64,000 nucleotides of DNA from an uncultured Gammaproteobacteria bacterium. Its GTDB lineage: Bacteria > Patescibacteriota > Microgenomatia > UBA10105 > UBA927. The translations under genes and the position numbers were made by a program. A model generated the notes under the pieces. That model had not been told where the DNA came from and did no database searches. It saw nothing but the letters and a program-made list of their open reading frames with translations. Shown in pieces: positions 36,155-46,015 of this stretch. The DNA lies in contig CAZUOM010000001.1 of the NCBI GenBank assembly GCA_964621305.1, forward strand, positions 74,390 through 138,389, in the 5' to 3' direction. Within the stretch, counting starts at the first letter, position 1. The number at the start of each line of letters is the position of its first letter.

Positions 36155-37225
36155 TTATTGAATTCGGGTTAACCGGATAATATCATTGAACGAAACGAGG
36201 AGGATTAGGATAAAAAGTATAATCATGCCGATTTGATGAGTGGAGCGCTCGAAGGCCGGCCGGATCCTGCGACCAATGAGTTTTTCCAGAAAAACGAACG
36301 TAAGCCTTCCGCCGTCGAGAGCAGGAAAAGGCAAGATGTTAAGGACTGCGAGGTTTAGAGAGAGGATACTCATAAATTCTAAAACCGCCTTCCAACCAAA
36401 CTTAACCGCTTCTCCCGTAACCTGGGCAATTCCTATTGGACCGGCTACATCCGTTCTAATTGGTTGGAGGGTTACTAAGCGCCAAAGCGTTGATCCAAGT
36501 CCCACGAGCATGTCCCGACCGCGCAAAAGGTTAATTTCAAACGCCTTCCACGGCGCAACGCTCAACGGATACGTTTTTTTCTCAAGATCTGAAATCACTA
36601 CTCCCATCGCCCCCTGCCCGGCAGGAGGGTACTCACGAGGAGTAAGGCGTACTGTTATTTCTTTGCCGTCGCGAAGGATACTAAGAGTCACTTGCTGACC
36701 TGCGTTCTTTTTCGTTGTCTCAATGAGATCTTTAGCTGTACTAAAAGACATAATAATATCATTAGGTAAAAGCCCGGCTTTTTGGGCTGGACTGTCAGGC
36801 TGGACTTTCTCAACATGCACCCGGCCAGCTGGCTCCAGAATTCCTTGGTTGAGGAGATACGCAGTGATCCCGACTGCAAGAAGAAAGTTCATCAATACCC
36901 CGGCAGTAAGAATGACCGCGCGTTCTTTCTTGCTCTTCGCCCAGAAGAATTTTCTTAAGGCCTCGCCTTGCCTCGCAAGGCGAGGCCTTTTCAGGCTGTG
37001 TTCCTCCTCATCTTCACCTGCAAGCTTGACAAAACCTCCGATCGGCAGCCAGTTAATCGAGTAAATAGTCCCTTTAAGTTTCTTCCCCCAAATACGCGGC
37101 GGCAGACCGAAACCGAATTCTTCAACTCCAACGCCAAAATATTTTGCCGTCAAAAAATGCCCCAGTTCGTGGACAAAGACGAGAATAGAGAGGATGAGAA
37201 AAAATACAAGGGCAGTGATTAACAT
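36155..37225 (-). CDS. rseP: RIP metalloprotease RseP (M50, PDZ)
   Basis: HELGH, PIGGFV, AGVLMN, GPIGI, NILPFPALDGG. Confidence 0.95.
   Translation of the reverse strand: MLITALVFFLILSILVFVHELGHFLTAKYFGVGVEEFGFGLPPRIWGKKLKGTIYSINWLPIGGFVKLAGEDEEEHSLKRPRLARQGEALRKFFWAKSKKERAVILTAGVLMNFLLAVGITAYLLNQGILEPAGRVHVEKVQPDSPAQKAGLLPNDIIMSFSTAKDLIETTKKNAGQQVTLSILRDGKEITVRLTPREYPPAGQGAMGVVISDLEKKTYPLSVAPWKAFEINLLRGRDMLVGLGSTLWRLVTLQPIRTDVAGPIGIAQVTGEAVKFGWKAVLEFMSILSLNLAVLNILPFPALDGGRLTFVFLEKLIGRRIRPAFERSTHQIGMIILFILILLVSFNDIIRLTRIQ
36957..36989. repeat. Palindromic REP-doublet-like element, copy C (in rseP; KRPRLARQGEAL)
   Basis: AAGG CCTCG CCTTGC-CTC-GCAAGG CGAGG CCTT. Confidence 0.9.
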
Positions 37226-37228
37226 AGT

Positions 37229-37792
37229 TTATATTTGTAGTAACTCTTGTTCCTTTCGCTCTCCCATGCCGTCAATCTCGGCGATCATTTCGTCGGTCAG
37301 CTCCTGAACCATTTTTTCTCCGTGTTTTCGTTCATCTTCGCTAACTTCGCCACTGTCTTGGCTGCGTTTGAGATTTCGCATAGCTTCCCCGCGGGCTTGT
37401 CTGATCATAATCCTTCCTCCTTCAATCTTGGTACGGGCGAGTTTAATGTACTCTTGTCTACGCTCCTGGGAAAGCGCCGGAATCGTAATTCTAATTATTT
37501 CTCCATCAACAACTGGAGTTAAACCAACATTGAGCTCTTGGATGCCTCTTTCGATCTCGGCAATAATCGATGGATCAAACGGAGAAATGACAAGCGTACG
37601 GGCATCCACAGTAGTAATAGTAGCTAACTCCATCAACTTTAATCGCTGCGATCCACCGTATACAGAAATAATATGATTTTCAACAAGCGCAGGAGTGGCC
37701 CGGCCGGAGTGAATTGTTGCTAAATCTACCCGCGTGACCTCAACGGCTTTCTTCATCTGGTCGCGGACGGAAGCAAGAACGGCGTCTATCAT
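37229..37792 (-). CDS. frr: Ribosome recycling factor
   Basis: GRATP, IPALSQERR, SEDE, KEQELL. Confidence 0.95.
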   Translation of the reverse strand: MIDAVLASVRDQMKKAVEVTRVDLATIHSGRATPALVENHIISVYGGSQRLKLMELATITTVDARTLVISPFDPSIIAEIERGIQELNVGLTPVVDGEIIRITIPALSQERRQEYIKLARTKIEGGRIMIRQARGEAMRNLKRSQDSGEVSEDERKHGEKMVQELTDEMIAEIDGMGERKEQELLQI

Positions 37793-37803
37793 CTGAAAAT
37801 ATT

Positions 37804-38259
37804 TTATTCTCCCAACATCATTCTGTCAAAACGGGCAATTGTGATATTTTCGCCGAGCTTGGCAACTGTTTGCTTAACGAGATCGGCAATCGTGATTGAC
37901 GGATCTCGGATATATTCTCCCCTAAGAAGGTCTTCAACGTTTTTAGGATTCGTGGAGGCCACTTGAAGTGCCGTCTCGTGAGCGAGGCATTTAAACTCAT
38001 CGGTTCGCGCGACAAAGTCTGTTTCACATCGAAGCTCAACAAGAACGCCGATTTTACCTGCGTGAACGTAGGAGTCGATAATACCTTCGCTCGTTTCTTT
38101 GCCTTCTTTTTTTGCAGCTTTTTCCAAGCCTCGTTCGATAAGAAGTTTTTTGGCTTTCTCGTAATCGCCGCCGCTATCCTCGAGGGCCTGACGGCAGTCA
38201 GAGACTCCAGCCTGAGTTTCCTCCCGAAGTTTTTTAATATCCTTAAGATTTAGTTGCAT
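37804..38259 (-). CDS. tsf: Elongation factor Ts (short form)
   Basis: IKKLREET.AG..DC..AL, SYVH, ELRCETDFVA, LGENI.I.RF. Confidence 0.95.
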   Translation of the reverse strand: MQLNLKDIKKLREETQAGVSDCRQALEDSGGDYEKAKKLLIERGLEKAAKKEGKETSEGIIDSYVHAGKIGVLVELRCETDFVARTDEFKCLAHETALQVASTNPKNVEDLLRGEYIRDPSITIADLVKQTVAKLGENITIARFDRMMLGE

Positions 38260-38962
38260 GTTTTTTCGCCTCCTTGTTCAAAAGCGCTTTTCCTTCTTTA
38301 TACGCCTGGGCAAGAGTATGCGTAATTAGCTGAATGGAGCCTACGGCGTCATCATTGGCTGGAATAACATAGTCTATCCCCGTCGGATCAGAGTTGGTGT
38401 CCGCGATGGCAACGACGGGAATGCCCACACGCTTAGCCTCGCGGACGGCGGTGTCTTCTTTTTTAATATCGACGATATATAGCGCTGCCGGGACCTCTAT
38501 CAGCTTAAGGACGCCCCCGTAGTAGATTTTGATGTTTTCCAAGTAATGGGCGAGTTTGGTGCGCTCGTGTTTGGGAAATTTTTTCCATCCTCCTGCTATC
38601 AGCTCTTCGGTGAGCCGGTTGATTTTTTTGATATTCTTTTTGACTTCATCCCAGTTCGTAAGAAAGCCGCCTATCCACCGCTCGGAAAAGTAGGGGGCGC
38701 CGACAGTCGACGCCTCATCTTTCAAGACGCCTTTGGCCTGCCGCTTGGTGCCGACAAAGAGAATTTCCTTCCCTTCAGATACGAGTTTTTTAATAAACGC
38801 GATTGCTGCATCCAGTCCAGCCTTGGTTGTAGCAAGGTCTATGATATGGATGCCCTCTTTTTCCGTATAGATATAGCCTTTAGCTTTCGGGTGCCACCGC
38901 TCGGACTTGTGGCCAAAGTGACAGCCAGCTTCCAGTAGTGCTTGGAGTGTTATTTCTTCCAT
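38243..38962 (-). CDS. rpsB: 30S ribosomal protein S2
   Basis: LLEAGCHFGH, FVGTKRQA, RWIGGFLTN, DTNSDP, PANDD; start at 38962. Confidence 0.96.
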   Translation of the reverse strand: MEEITLQALLEAGCHFGHKSERWHPKAKGYIYTEKEGIHIIDLATTKAGLDAAIAFIKKLVSEGKEILFVGTKRQAKGVLKDEASTVGAPYFSERWIGGFLTNWDEVKKNIKKINRLTEELIAGGWKKFPKHERTKLAHYLENIKIYYGGVLKLIEVPAALYIVDIKKEDTAVREAKRVGIPVVAIADTNSDPTGIDYVIPANDDAVGSIQLITHTLAQAYKEGKALLNKEAKKHATKS

Positions 38963-39085
38963 AAAATTAGGCGCTGATACACCCAGCGCCTGCTGCATGT
39001 ATCTCTTTTCTCTTTCACCCAACTTGCCCTTCGTCGCTTCGCTCCTCTGGGAGAGATACATGTCCAGTGTGCAGAATGCATAAAG
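38963..39085 (-). promoter_or_regulatory. rpsB leader RNA (candidate S2-binding regulator)
   Basis: TGnTATACT upstream; CATGTATCTCT/AGAGATACATG stem, GGCGCTG/CAGCGCC stem and ACAC/GTGT potential pseudoknot. Confidence 0.55.
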
Positions 39086-39095
39086 TATATCATGC

Positions 39096-39839
39096 TCACT
39101 CATCGATCACAAGCCCATTCTTTACACGCTCGGCAAGGTCGATATAGACATAAAAGGCCGGGATAGCTCGTCTTTCTGAAATCAGCCCCTTTGATACCTT
39201 CCCTGCGGCTTCCAATTCTCCGAAACGCAGCCAAGAAACTCTATAGAACAACTGAAGCATGGGGACTTTCCCGCGAGGATTAACAAGCGCAAAAAAGGCC
39301 AGGCTGTTAAAACGCGTCTCTCTGCCAAAACGCAGTCGGAAATACGTTTTAAGAAGTCCTTCACCTATCTGCTGATTTTTCAAGGATTCCCCAGTTGATG
39401 GAAGCAGCGGCAGGCGAACGATGCTGTGAATGTAATCCGTGTGCTTGCCTGGCAGACGCCCGCAATTGCCATCAGCAAAAATTATTTCATCTTTTCGAAT
39501 ATGATATTTCTTGCCCGGCAACGCACTCAGGTATCCGACAGCTTCGTATGGCTTGGTTTTGGTAATTGCAAAAAGAAGCAGTGCGCCTTTTGTGAAAAGG
39601 ATCCGCGCGATATCCCCTACGTCGTCGCTTTTCCCCGGACCATATTCATGTTCCATGACTCTGTTTTCGAGCTCGTTGTGAATATAGGTACTTATATCGA
39701 GAATGTCTTGCTTGGTACATTGTTCGAGCTGAACGCGAACGTATTCGATATTCTCACCTACTCGTAGTACCTCTGCGTGTGGCCGCTCCCGCGACACTTG
39801 ATCAGGTGAAGCAGCTGGTTTGCCGTCTGTTTCTAACAT
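39096..39839 (-). CDS. Hypothetical protein, possibly GNAT-like fold
   Basis: AVGYLS, YIHSI, NQQIGEGLL resembles acetyl-CoA motif A. Confidence 0.5.
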   Translation of the reverse strand: MLETDGKPAASPDQVSRERPHAEVLRVGENIEYVRVQLEQCTKQDILDISTYIHNELENRVMEHEYGPGKSDDVGDIARILFTKGALLLFAITKTKPYEAVGYLSALPGKKYHIRKDEIIFADGNCGRLPGKHTDYIHSIVRLPLLPSTGESLKNQQIGEGLLKTYFRLRFGRETRFNSLAFFALVNPRGKVPMLQLFYRVSWLRFGELEAAGKVSKGLISERRAIPAFYVYIDLAERVKNGLVIDE

Positions 39840-39843
39840 CAGA

Positions 39844-41172
39844 TCATTGGGGGGCAGGGAAACGGGAGCTGAGGGCGATAACCTCGCGCTTAGTGGATTG
39901 AATCAGTTGGTTTTGTTGAAGCTCGTGGTGAATGTTTTTGAGGAAGGCAACACGTTTGGCTTTGTCTTCTGGGAGTTTTCGATTAGCAACTTCCTCAATG
40001 ACAGCCACCATCCACTTACCAATTTTTCCCATCTCATTCTCCTTCATGCCGCGCGTGGTGATGGCTGGTGTCCCCAGTCGGATGCCTGATGGATACATGG
40101 AAGATCCTGTTTCAAACGGGACGGTATTGCGGTTAACGATAATGTTGGCGTACTCCAGTGCCCACCCCACAACCCACGCTGAAGCGCCGATACTTCTCAA
40201 GTCTAAAAGAACGAGGTGTTTATCGGTTGAGCCGCTGACGACGTCCAGGCCTTCTTTTAGGAGAATTTTTGCAAGGACTTGGGCATTTTTGACAACTTGC
40301 TTGGCATAGGTCGTAAACGACGGCGACATCGCTTCTTTGAGCGCAACCGCAATGCCGGCAATAGTATGCTCATGCGGTCCACCCTGGATGCCGGGGAAAA
40401 CAGATTGATTAATCCCTTCAATTAAATTATTCCGCGCAAGAATGATTGCTCCGCGGGGTCCCCGCAAGGTCTTATGTGTTGTCATCATTGCGACATCTGC
40501 ATGTGGAAAAGGCGATGCGTTGACCCCAGCTGCAATAAGCCCGGCCTCGTGAGCAACATCGGCCATATAGAGCGCACCCACAGCATGAGCGATTTCCCCC
40601 ATCCGTTTATGATTAATTTCCCGCGGATATGCCGTGCCGCCGGAGATAAGGAGTTTGGGTTTTACGTGCTGGGCGAGTTCTTCCAGGGCATCGTAATCAA
40701 ACACGCGCGTTTTTTTATCGACGTTATAAAAAAAGATCTGCCAAAACTTGGAAACGATGGTTACTTTTTTATTGGGCAGCTCCCATCCGTGCGAGAGGTG
40801 TCCGCCATCGGGAAGATACATGGACATAATCCGATCGCCGGGCTCAAGGATGGCATTATAAATTGCCAGATTTGCCGGACTGCCGGAAAGGGCCTGAACA
40901 TTGACTCCCCATTCTTTTTCATCAAGTTTAAATAACTTAAGCGCCCGCTTCTTGCACAGTCCTTCCACCTCATCGATGACCCAATTCCCTTGATAGTAGC
41001 GCTTGCCCACCTGCCCCTCGGCATATTTGTTCATGAGGACCGACCCCACCGCCTCCCGCACCGCAGCCGACGCATAATTTTCACTCGGAATCATCTCGAG
41101 GACGTTTTTTTGACGCACGGATTCCTGACGAATCAGAGACGCAATCTCAGGGTCAGTTTTTTGAATTTTCAT
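39844..41172 (-). CDS. glyA: Serine hydroxymethyltransferase
   Basis: [45 protein letters not shown]. Confidence 0.97.
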   Translation of the reverse strand: MKIQKTDPEIASLIRQESVRQKNVLEMIPSENYASAAVREAVGSVLMNKYAEGQVGKRYYQGNWVIDEVEGLCKKRALKLFKLDEKEWGVNVQALSGSPANLAIYNAILEPGDRIMSMYLPDGGHLSHGWELPNKKVTIVSKFWQIFFYNVDKKTRVFDYDALEELAQHVKPKLLISGGTAYPREINHKRMGEIAHAVGALYMADVAHEAGLIAAGVNASPFPHADVAMMTTHKTLRGPRGAIILARNNLIEGINQSVFPGIQGGPHEHTIAGIAVALKEAMSPSFTTYAKQVVKNAQVLAKILLKEGLDVVSGSTDKHLVLLDLRSIGASAWVVGWALEYANIIVNRNTVPFETGSSMYPSGIRLGTPAITTRGMKENEMGKIGKWMVAVIEEVANRKLPEDKAKRVAFLKNIHHELQQNQLIQSTKREVIALSSRFPAPQ

Positions 41173-41196
41173 GAGGCAATGGTACACCAAATGCTA

Positions 41197-41916
41197 CTAT
41201 TTTACCAAATCGGCGTAGGCGGCGGCAAAAAGAGAAAAAATGTGGAGGGGTGAGGCACCTTGTGCTCGATACGCTGCATCGATGCCGGTTAACTCCCTGC
41301 CGCTTGCATCAGTAACCACAAGTTGGCCTTCACGAATGGCTCGCTCCGTGGGAAATCCATGAGCAATATGACCATGATCATAGAATCTATCCTCAACCGG
41401 ATACATGCTTTGTCTCACAATGGTCTGACTTTTTGGATACAGGCAGACCATATCTGTCTGGGTATACATAACGGCACGATATGCATGGCAAACTAAAAGC
41501 GCATATCCAGAATGAGCCGAATGCATTGCCTCTCTGCGTGCCGCTCTCTCCCATTCATCTACAAACAGCGCCATCCTATCAGGAGAGTCCGGCTTCCCTT
41601 TCAGTATTCCATCTTCTCCTCTATTTTCACAATCTGCAGCAAAGATAAATGTATATCTGCCGTCGCGCCGATCAGTATAGCCGTCGGCGGTTAGCCTATC
41701 CAAAACATGCAGCGCTTTATGTTGGGCTACAACGACTGGTTCAAAATCCGGTTCAACCGGCATACTTTTGGTAACAATGCACTCGCATTCCAATCCTAGT
41801 GCCGGGCGGATGCTTTTCAATGCAGCAAGTCGCACCGGTGTAAGACTGGCAACCATAATTTTCATATCTGCCGGCCAGTGATTTAGGCGGGTTTCACGAA
41901 GCGTTTCTCGAGTCAT
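41197..41916 (-). CDS. Divergent Maf-like nucleotide pyrophosphatase
   Basis: VASLTPVRLAAL, AQHKA, FAADC...GKPDS resemble Maf motifs. Confidence 0.5.
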   Translation of the reverse strand: MTRETLRETRLNHWPADMKIMVASLTPVRLAALKSIRPALGLECECIVTKSMPVEPDFEPVVVAQHKALHVLDRLTADGYTDRRDGRYTFIFAADCENRGEDGILKGKPDSPDRMALFVDEWERAARREAMHSAHSGYALLVCHAYRAVMYTQTDMVCLYPKSQTIVRQSMYPVEDRFYDHGHIAHGFPTERAIREGQLVVTDASGRELTGIDAAYRAQGASPLHIFSLFAAAYADLVK

Positions 41917-41987
41917 TGGAAAAAACAAAAAACGCCGAGAGTCTCTTTCAGCGCTTTTTACTTTTGTACACTGCCCAGACACCAGTG

Positions 41988-42065
41988 TCAAGAGCCATAA
42001 TCGGGTCGCCTTAGGATTTTTTCGTAGGCCGCATGGCGGAGGAGGTAAATGGTGGTCGGAATCAT
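41988..42065 (-). pseudogene. N-terminal remnant of a histidine phosphatase (PGAM) family gene
   Basis: MIPTTIYLLRHAAYE.. followed by loss of similarity and a stop after 25 codons. Confidence 0.4.
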
Positions 42066-42071
42066 GAGCAA

Positions 42072-42797
42072 TTAATATCTCTCGTGATGAGTTCCGTGGG
42101 GTCGTTCACGCATCAGGCGCACATATGTTTCGTTAACACGCTCAATATCAATCAAAAATTGTGATAGATCATCATGATCATTATCAATGTGGACAAATTG
42201 AATGCCCAACTCTCTTAGTTTATCTCCTTCATCGCGTAATTCTCCCCCATCAGGGAAATATCGTAGAAATGTTTCTTTTCTCATGCCGTCAATCCGCCTG
42301 CCGTTTCTTCGTAAGCGTTCCTCAAGGCTTGCGTCGATTTCAACAACAAGAATGTTGTGATCGGGTTGTTTTGGAAATTTTTGAAATCGCCCCAGCAAAC
42401 TTTTTCCGCTCTGAAACAGTCCTTCTCTTGGTAAGTTTATTACGTCTGGCCCCGTTGCATACTCAAAAAGCATTCCCCTGCTATCCCCGTGATGCCCAGC
42501 CAGTCGCACCATGGCATCATGCACACGATTTAAAAGGATACCGTCAGTAACCTCGAAAACTTTTCTTCCAGGGGATTTGTCTCCGTCAAACAAAATACTG
42601 TGAGAGCCCTCCATCGCTCCGTCTCCTCTTATAGCGCCAGAGCTACGTACGTCTTCTACAACTGCCTCTTCAAGCAGTAAGCGATCACTTACAAGGATAG
42701 GGTCCATGCCGAGCCTTTTCATTTCATATAAAATCTTGGCGTTTGCCGTACTTTTGCAACCGCCTGGTTTCCCTATGGTCATTATCGAATAAAACAT
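42072..42797 (-). CDS. P-loop nucleotide-kinase-like protein
   Basis: GKPGGCKS Walker A, EIDASLEERLRRN lid, IDND. Confidence 0.7.
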   Translation of the reverse strand: MFYSIMTIGKPGGCKSTANAKILYEMKRLGMDPILVSDRLLLEEAVVEDVRSSGAIRGDGAMEGSHSILFDGDKSPGRKVFEVTDGILLNRVHDAMVRLAGHHGDSRGMLFEYATGPDVINLPREGLFQSGKSLLGRFQKFPKQPDHNILVVEIDASLEERLRRNGRRIDGMRKETFLRYFPDGGELRDEGDKLRELGIQFVHIDNDHDDLSQFLIDIERVNETYVRLMRERPHGTHHERY

Positions 42798-42834
42798 ACG
42801 GGTAAGTTAGGCAGATAAAATATTTTTTTCTGCA

Positions 42835-43425
42835 TCATCCCTTATAAATTTTGTGGCAGGAAAAACAGACAGCTATGTATTGGGCTTTTTCGCGGCCGGT
42901 CGTACCGATTGAAACTTCCGTCCCTCCGGCAACCCGCTCCGTGTGTGCGGCTTTGCCGCCGCATTTAACGCAGATGCTGTATTGCTCGATGCACTCGTCA
43001 GCTAAACCCATAAGGGCTTTGGTGGGGCCATATTCTTGTTTGCGATAATTGTAGATAAGTCCGTTGACGTAGACATCAATCACTTGCGTAAGCAGTTTCT
43101 CTACCACTGCCAAAAACTTTTCTTTTGGGAAAAAGTGCACCGCATCGATAATAACTTTTTTGATCCCATCTTTTCCCACATACTGAAGGATTTTTTCCGG
43201 CTGGTCCATGCCTATGTAAATAACCGGAAGCGGCCGCTCGTCATGAGATTTCGTGTGTCCCATGCCGCCGTTGCTCTTGGCTTCTGCTTTAAAACACAGA
43301 ATGCTGTAGCCCAGATCGGAAAGGACGGAAAAAAGAGTAAGGAGTTTAGTGGTTTTGCCGGCAAACATTGGGCCGGCGATGACGGTGAGCTTGCCCCGGG
43401 ATGATTTCGAGCGCTTTTTAGCCAT
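42835..43425 (-). CDS. tdk: Thymidine kinase (type II)
   Basis: GPMFAGKTT, IDAVHFF, CVKC...CFSCH. Confidence 0.9.
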   Translation of the reverse strand: MAKKRSKSSRGKLTVIAGPMFAGKTTKLLTLFSVLSDLGYSILCFKAEAKSNGGMGHTKSHDERPLPVIYIGMDQPEKILQYVGKDGIKKVIIDAVHFFPKEKFLAVVEKLLTQVIDVYVNGLIYNYRKQEYGPTKALMGLADECIEQYSICVKCGGKAAHTERVAGGTEVSIGTTGREKAQYIAVCFSCHKIYKG

Positions 43426-44056
43426 TGCTTTTTGGCAGTTTATCTTGCACAACGGTCCAAATGTTTGCAGCAACCACCTCAATGGTGTTTCCGGCGTTTA
43501 TGACAACATAGCGATTTGGGTCACGTTTTGCAAGAGCCAAAAAACCCTCTCGCACGCGCTGGTAAAAGTCATGCTGCTGCAGATCCAACCGGTCGCTGGG
43601 CTTTCTGGATTTGGCCCGGCGCTTGGCGCCGATCTCGGGTGAAATATCCAAAAGAATCGTCAAATCCGGCTTTGCGCCGTTTACGGCAAGGGCATTGAGT
43701 CCGCTCACCACATCAACCCCCAGTTTTCTTCCGTAACCCTGATAGGCCAAACTGGAATCAACAAACCGATCACACACAACCATTTTGCCCGATTCCAGTG
43801 CCGGGGTGATGATTTGCCGCACATGCTGGGCTCGGGATGCGGCCATAAGATACGCCTCTGTAACTGGATCAAGATCAACGTTTTCTTGACTGTGTGTGAT
43901 GGCGCGGATCTGCTCTCCGATCCGGGTGCCGCCGGGTTCGCGGGTGACTACGACAGAATATCCTTCTTCATGCAAGTGGCTGACGAGAATTTCTACCTGA
44001 ATGGACTTGCCTGCGCCTTCCCCGCCCTCAAATGTAATAATAAATCCTTTCTTCAT
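43418..44056 (-). CDS. tmk: dTMP kinase
   Basis: FEGGEGAGKS, TREPGG, CDRFVDSSLAYQG, PDLT. Confidence 0.95.
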   Translation of the reverse strand: MKKGFIITFEGGEGAGKSIQVEILVSHLHEEGYSVVVTREPGGTRIGEQIRAITHSQENVDLDPVTEAYLMAASRAQHVRQIITPALESGKMVVCDRFVDSSLAYQGYGRKLGVDVVSGLNALAVNGAKPDLTILLDISPEIGAKRRAKSRKPSDRLDLQQHDFYQRVREGFLALAKRDPNRYVVINAGNTIEVVAANIWTVVQDKLPKSNG

Positions 44057-44057
44057 T

Positions 44058-44651
44058 TCAGTTTAAAAATTTTACTATCTCATAATGGACGCGGTCAATG
44101 CTCCCGGAGGCATCAATGGTGACATGAGGAATTTTTGTTAATACTTCTTTATATCGTTTCTGCATCAATAAGAGAAGCTCCCGTGTTTCAAATGTGCCCA
44201 TCGGCTCGCCGGTTTTTTGGTGGCGGTCAACGGCTCGGGCGTAGGCCATGGCAGGGTCAATATCAAAATAAAAAAGATAATCCGGCGTTGGCTCAAAACG
44301 GAAGAATTCTTTTTCCAAGTGCGTACGTTCCCCGTATGTTTTTGCCTGATAAACCAAGGCACTCACCCAGTTACGCAGACTAATAACCCACTCTCCATTA
44401 CTAAGAGCAGGCTCAATGATCTGTTTTACCATATTATAACGATCAGCAAGAAGAAAGTATGCTTCGGAAACGTTATCGATGTGCCGATTTTTTCGCCAGA
44501 CAATAAGAATTTCCTTCAACTGCGGCGATGGATGATATACGATGCGAGAAGAAATGCCTCTTTTGTTAAAATATTTGTTCAACAGAGTCGCTTGGGTTTC
44601 CTTCCCGGTGCCACTGATTCCTTCAAAAACAATGAGTTTGCCGCGTTTCAT
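44058..44651 (-). CDS. Second, divergent dTMP kinase paralog
   Basis: FEGISGTGKET, ADR, SLRNWVSALVYQ, PDY. Confidence 0.85.
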   Translation of the reverse strand: MKRGKLIVFEGISGTGKETQATLLNKYFNKRGISSRIVYHPSPQLKEILIVWRKNRHIDNVSEAYFLLADRYNMVKQIIEPALSNGEWVISLRNWVSALVYQAKTYGERTHLEKEFFRFEPTPDYLFYFDIDPAMAYARAVDRHQKTGEPMGTFETRELLLLMQKRYKEVLTKIPHVTIDASGSIDRVHYEIVKFLN

Positions 44652-45292
44652 AACAATATGTTGGCTACATCGTAAACCGTCGGCAACGTGGCGTCAGCAA
44701 TAACTGAACTGGTATCAGACCAAACGAGACAGGTTTTCATACCGAGCTTTTTGGCCGGGGCTAGGTCAACAGCTTCCCGGTCGCCAATCATGAGGTGGTC
44801 GGCCGGCGGCAACTTGGTTTTACTTAGTATGTAACGGAAACCTGCCTCACTTGGCTTGGTTACTCTCACGGTTTCACTCGTCACCATCTCCTCAAACGTT
44901 TCCGGTGGAACACCAAGCATAACAAGTGTTTCTTTGTGGCGAGCAATCATGCCATTGGCAAGGGTAAAATGACGAAAGTTTTTAAGCTTTTGGAAAAGCT
45001 CGATGAGTTTCTCGTCGCGTTTGAGATATTTGCGGCGATCAAAATACTGTTCCATCTCAACCGCCGCTTGGGCAATCGTGACCCCACTTAAAACCGCTGC
45101 GGTTTCTGTAGCACTGACGTACCGCACTTTATATAGTTTTGTAAATTCCTCAACGGTTTTTTCACGCGGCCAACCGGTATGATTCATTATCGTCTGATAC
45201 TCAGCCTCCCGCACAGCAAGCCACAACTCCGGTATGGGCTTATAGAGCGTCCCATCAAAATCCCAAATCAAAACCTTAACACTTAAAAACAT
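44648..45292 (-). CDS. HAD family hydrolase (putative nucleotidase)
   Basis: WDFDGTLY, KP, MIGDR..D. Confidence 0.9.
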   Translation of the reverse strand: MFLSVKVLIWDFDGTLYKPIPELWLAVREAEYQTIMNHTGWPREKTVEEFTKLYKVRYVSATETAAVLSGVTIAQAAVEMEQYFDRRKYLKRDEKLIELFQKLKNFRHFTLANGMIARHKETLVMLGVPPETFEEMVTSETVRVTKPSEAGFRYILSKTKLPPADHLMIGDREAVDLAPAKKLGMKTCLVWSDTSSVIADATLPTVYDVANILL

Positions 45293-45311
45293 AATGAAAA
45301 CTGATTAAGCG

Positions 45312-45386
45312 CTAATGAATGATTTCTGCGCTATATTCGAGCATTCTTGTTGTTAGTCCGGCGATAAATTCTTTTCGATCAGTCAT
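45312..45386 (-). pseudogene. Short ORF resembling the N-terminus of a four-helix-bundle (TIGR02436-like) protein
   Basis: MTDRKEFIAGLTTRMLEYSAEIIH*, starting inside a heptamer array. Confidence 0.35.
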
Positions 45387-45417
45387 TTTACATTTTACAG
45401 TTTACAGTTTTAATTTT
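45386..45417. repeat. Heptamer array (K)TTTACA
   Basis: ttttaca ttttaca gtttaca gttttaa. Confidence 0.7.
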
Positions 45418-45937
45418 GTTTTTACTTTATCAATGAGTTCTTTCTGCGCTTTTTTGCTCGTAACGATATTGAGACCATCGGTATTTTCTTCTCGTATCCG
45501 CGACCCCGTTTCCCAATACGGTCGCTTATGGTTGTAAGAGTTGTCTCCAAGTAAACAATCAGGTCCGGCGGGGTAAAATAGAGCTCAAGTGATTTGTATA
45601 TTTTCTGATATAGTCTCCATTCTGCGTCATCCATGTTTCCCAAAACGTGCTGCGCCTTGGCATATGAAAAAACGTCTTGTTGTATGGGGGTATCTTGAAT
45701 TATATTATTTTCAAGACGAGCGGCTTCAAACATCTGATTGACTTTCTCCATTAGAAAAAATGTTTGAGAATGAAATGCCCAACGTTTCATGTCCTGGTAG
45801 AACCGCGGCAAGAAAGAATTCTCCCCAAAATTTTCTTCTAAGAGACGGAAATTAAGTCCTTTGGCAAGAAGTCGTGCGGCTGTTGTTTTGCCGCTACCCA
45901 TCGTACCCATCACAGAAAGATAGACATGTTTTTTCAT
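45402..45937 (-). pseudogene. Deoxynucleoside kinase with internal deletion and frameshift
   Basis: GTMGSGKTT, FYQDMKRWAF.SQ.FFL, PDLIVYL, RGRGYE; C-terminus TDGLNIV...ELIDKVKTKLKL* lies in another frame. Confidence 0.75.
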
Positions 45938-46015
45938 CCCTCGTTGTTCTATCACAGCACACAAAACTTGACAATGATTGTTTTAGTCTCGTAGCATAGA
46001 GAGCATTCCTTTGAT

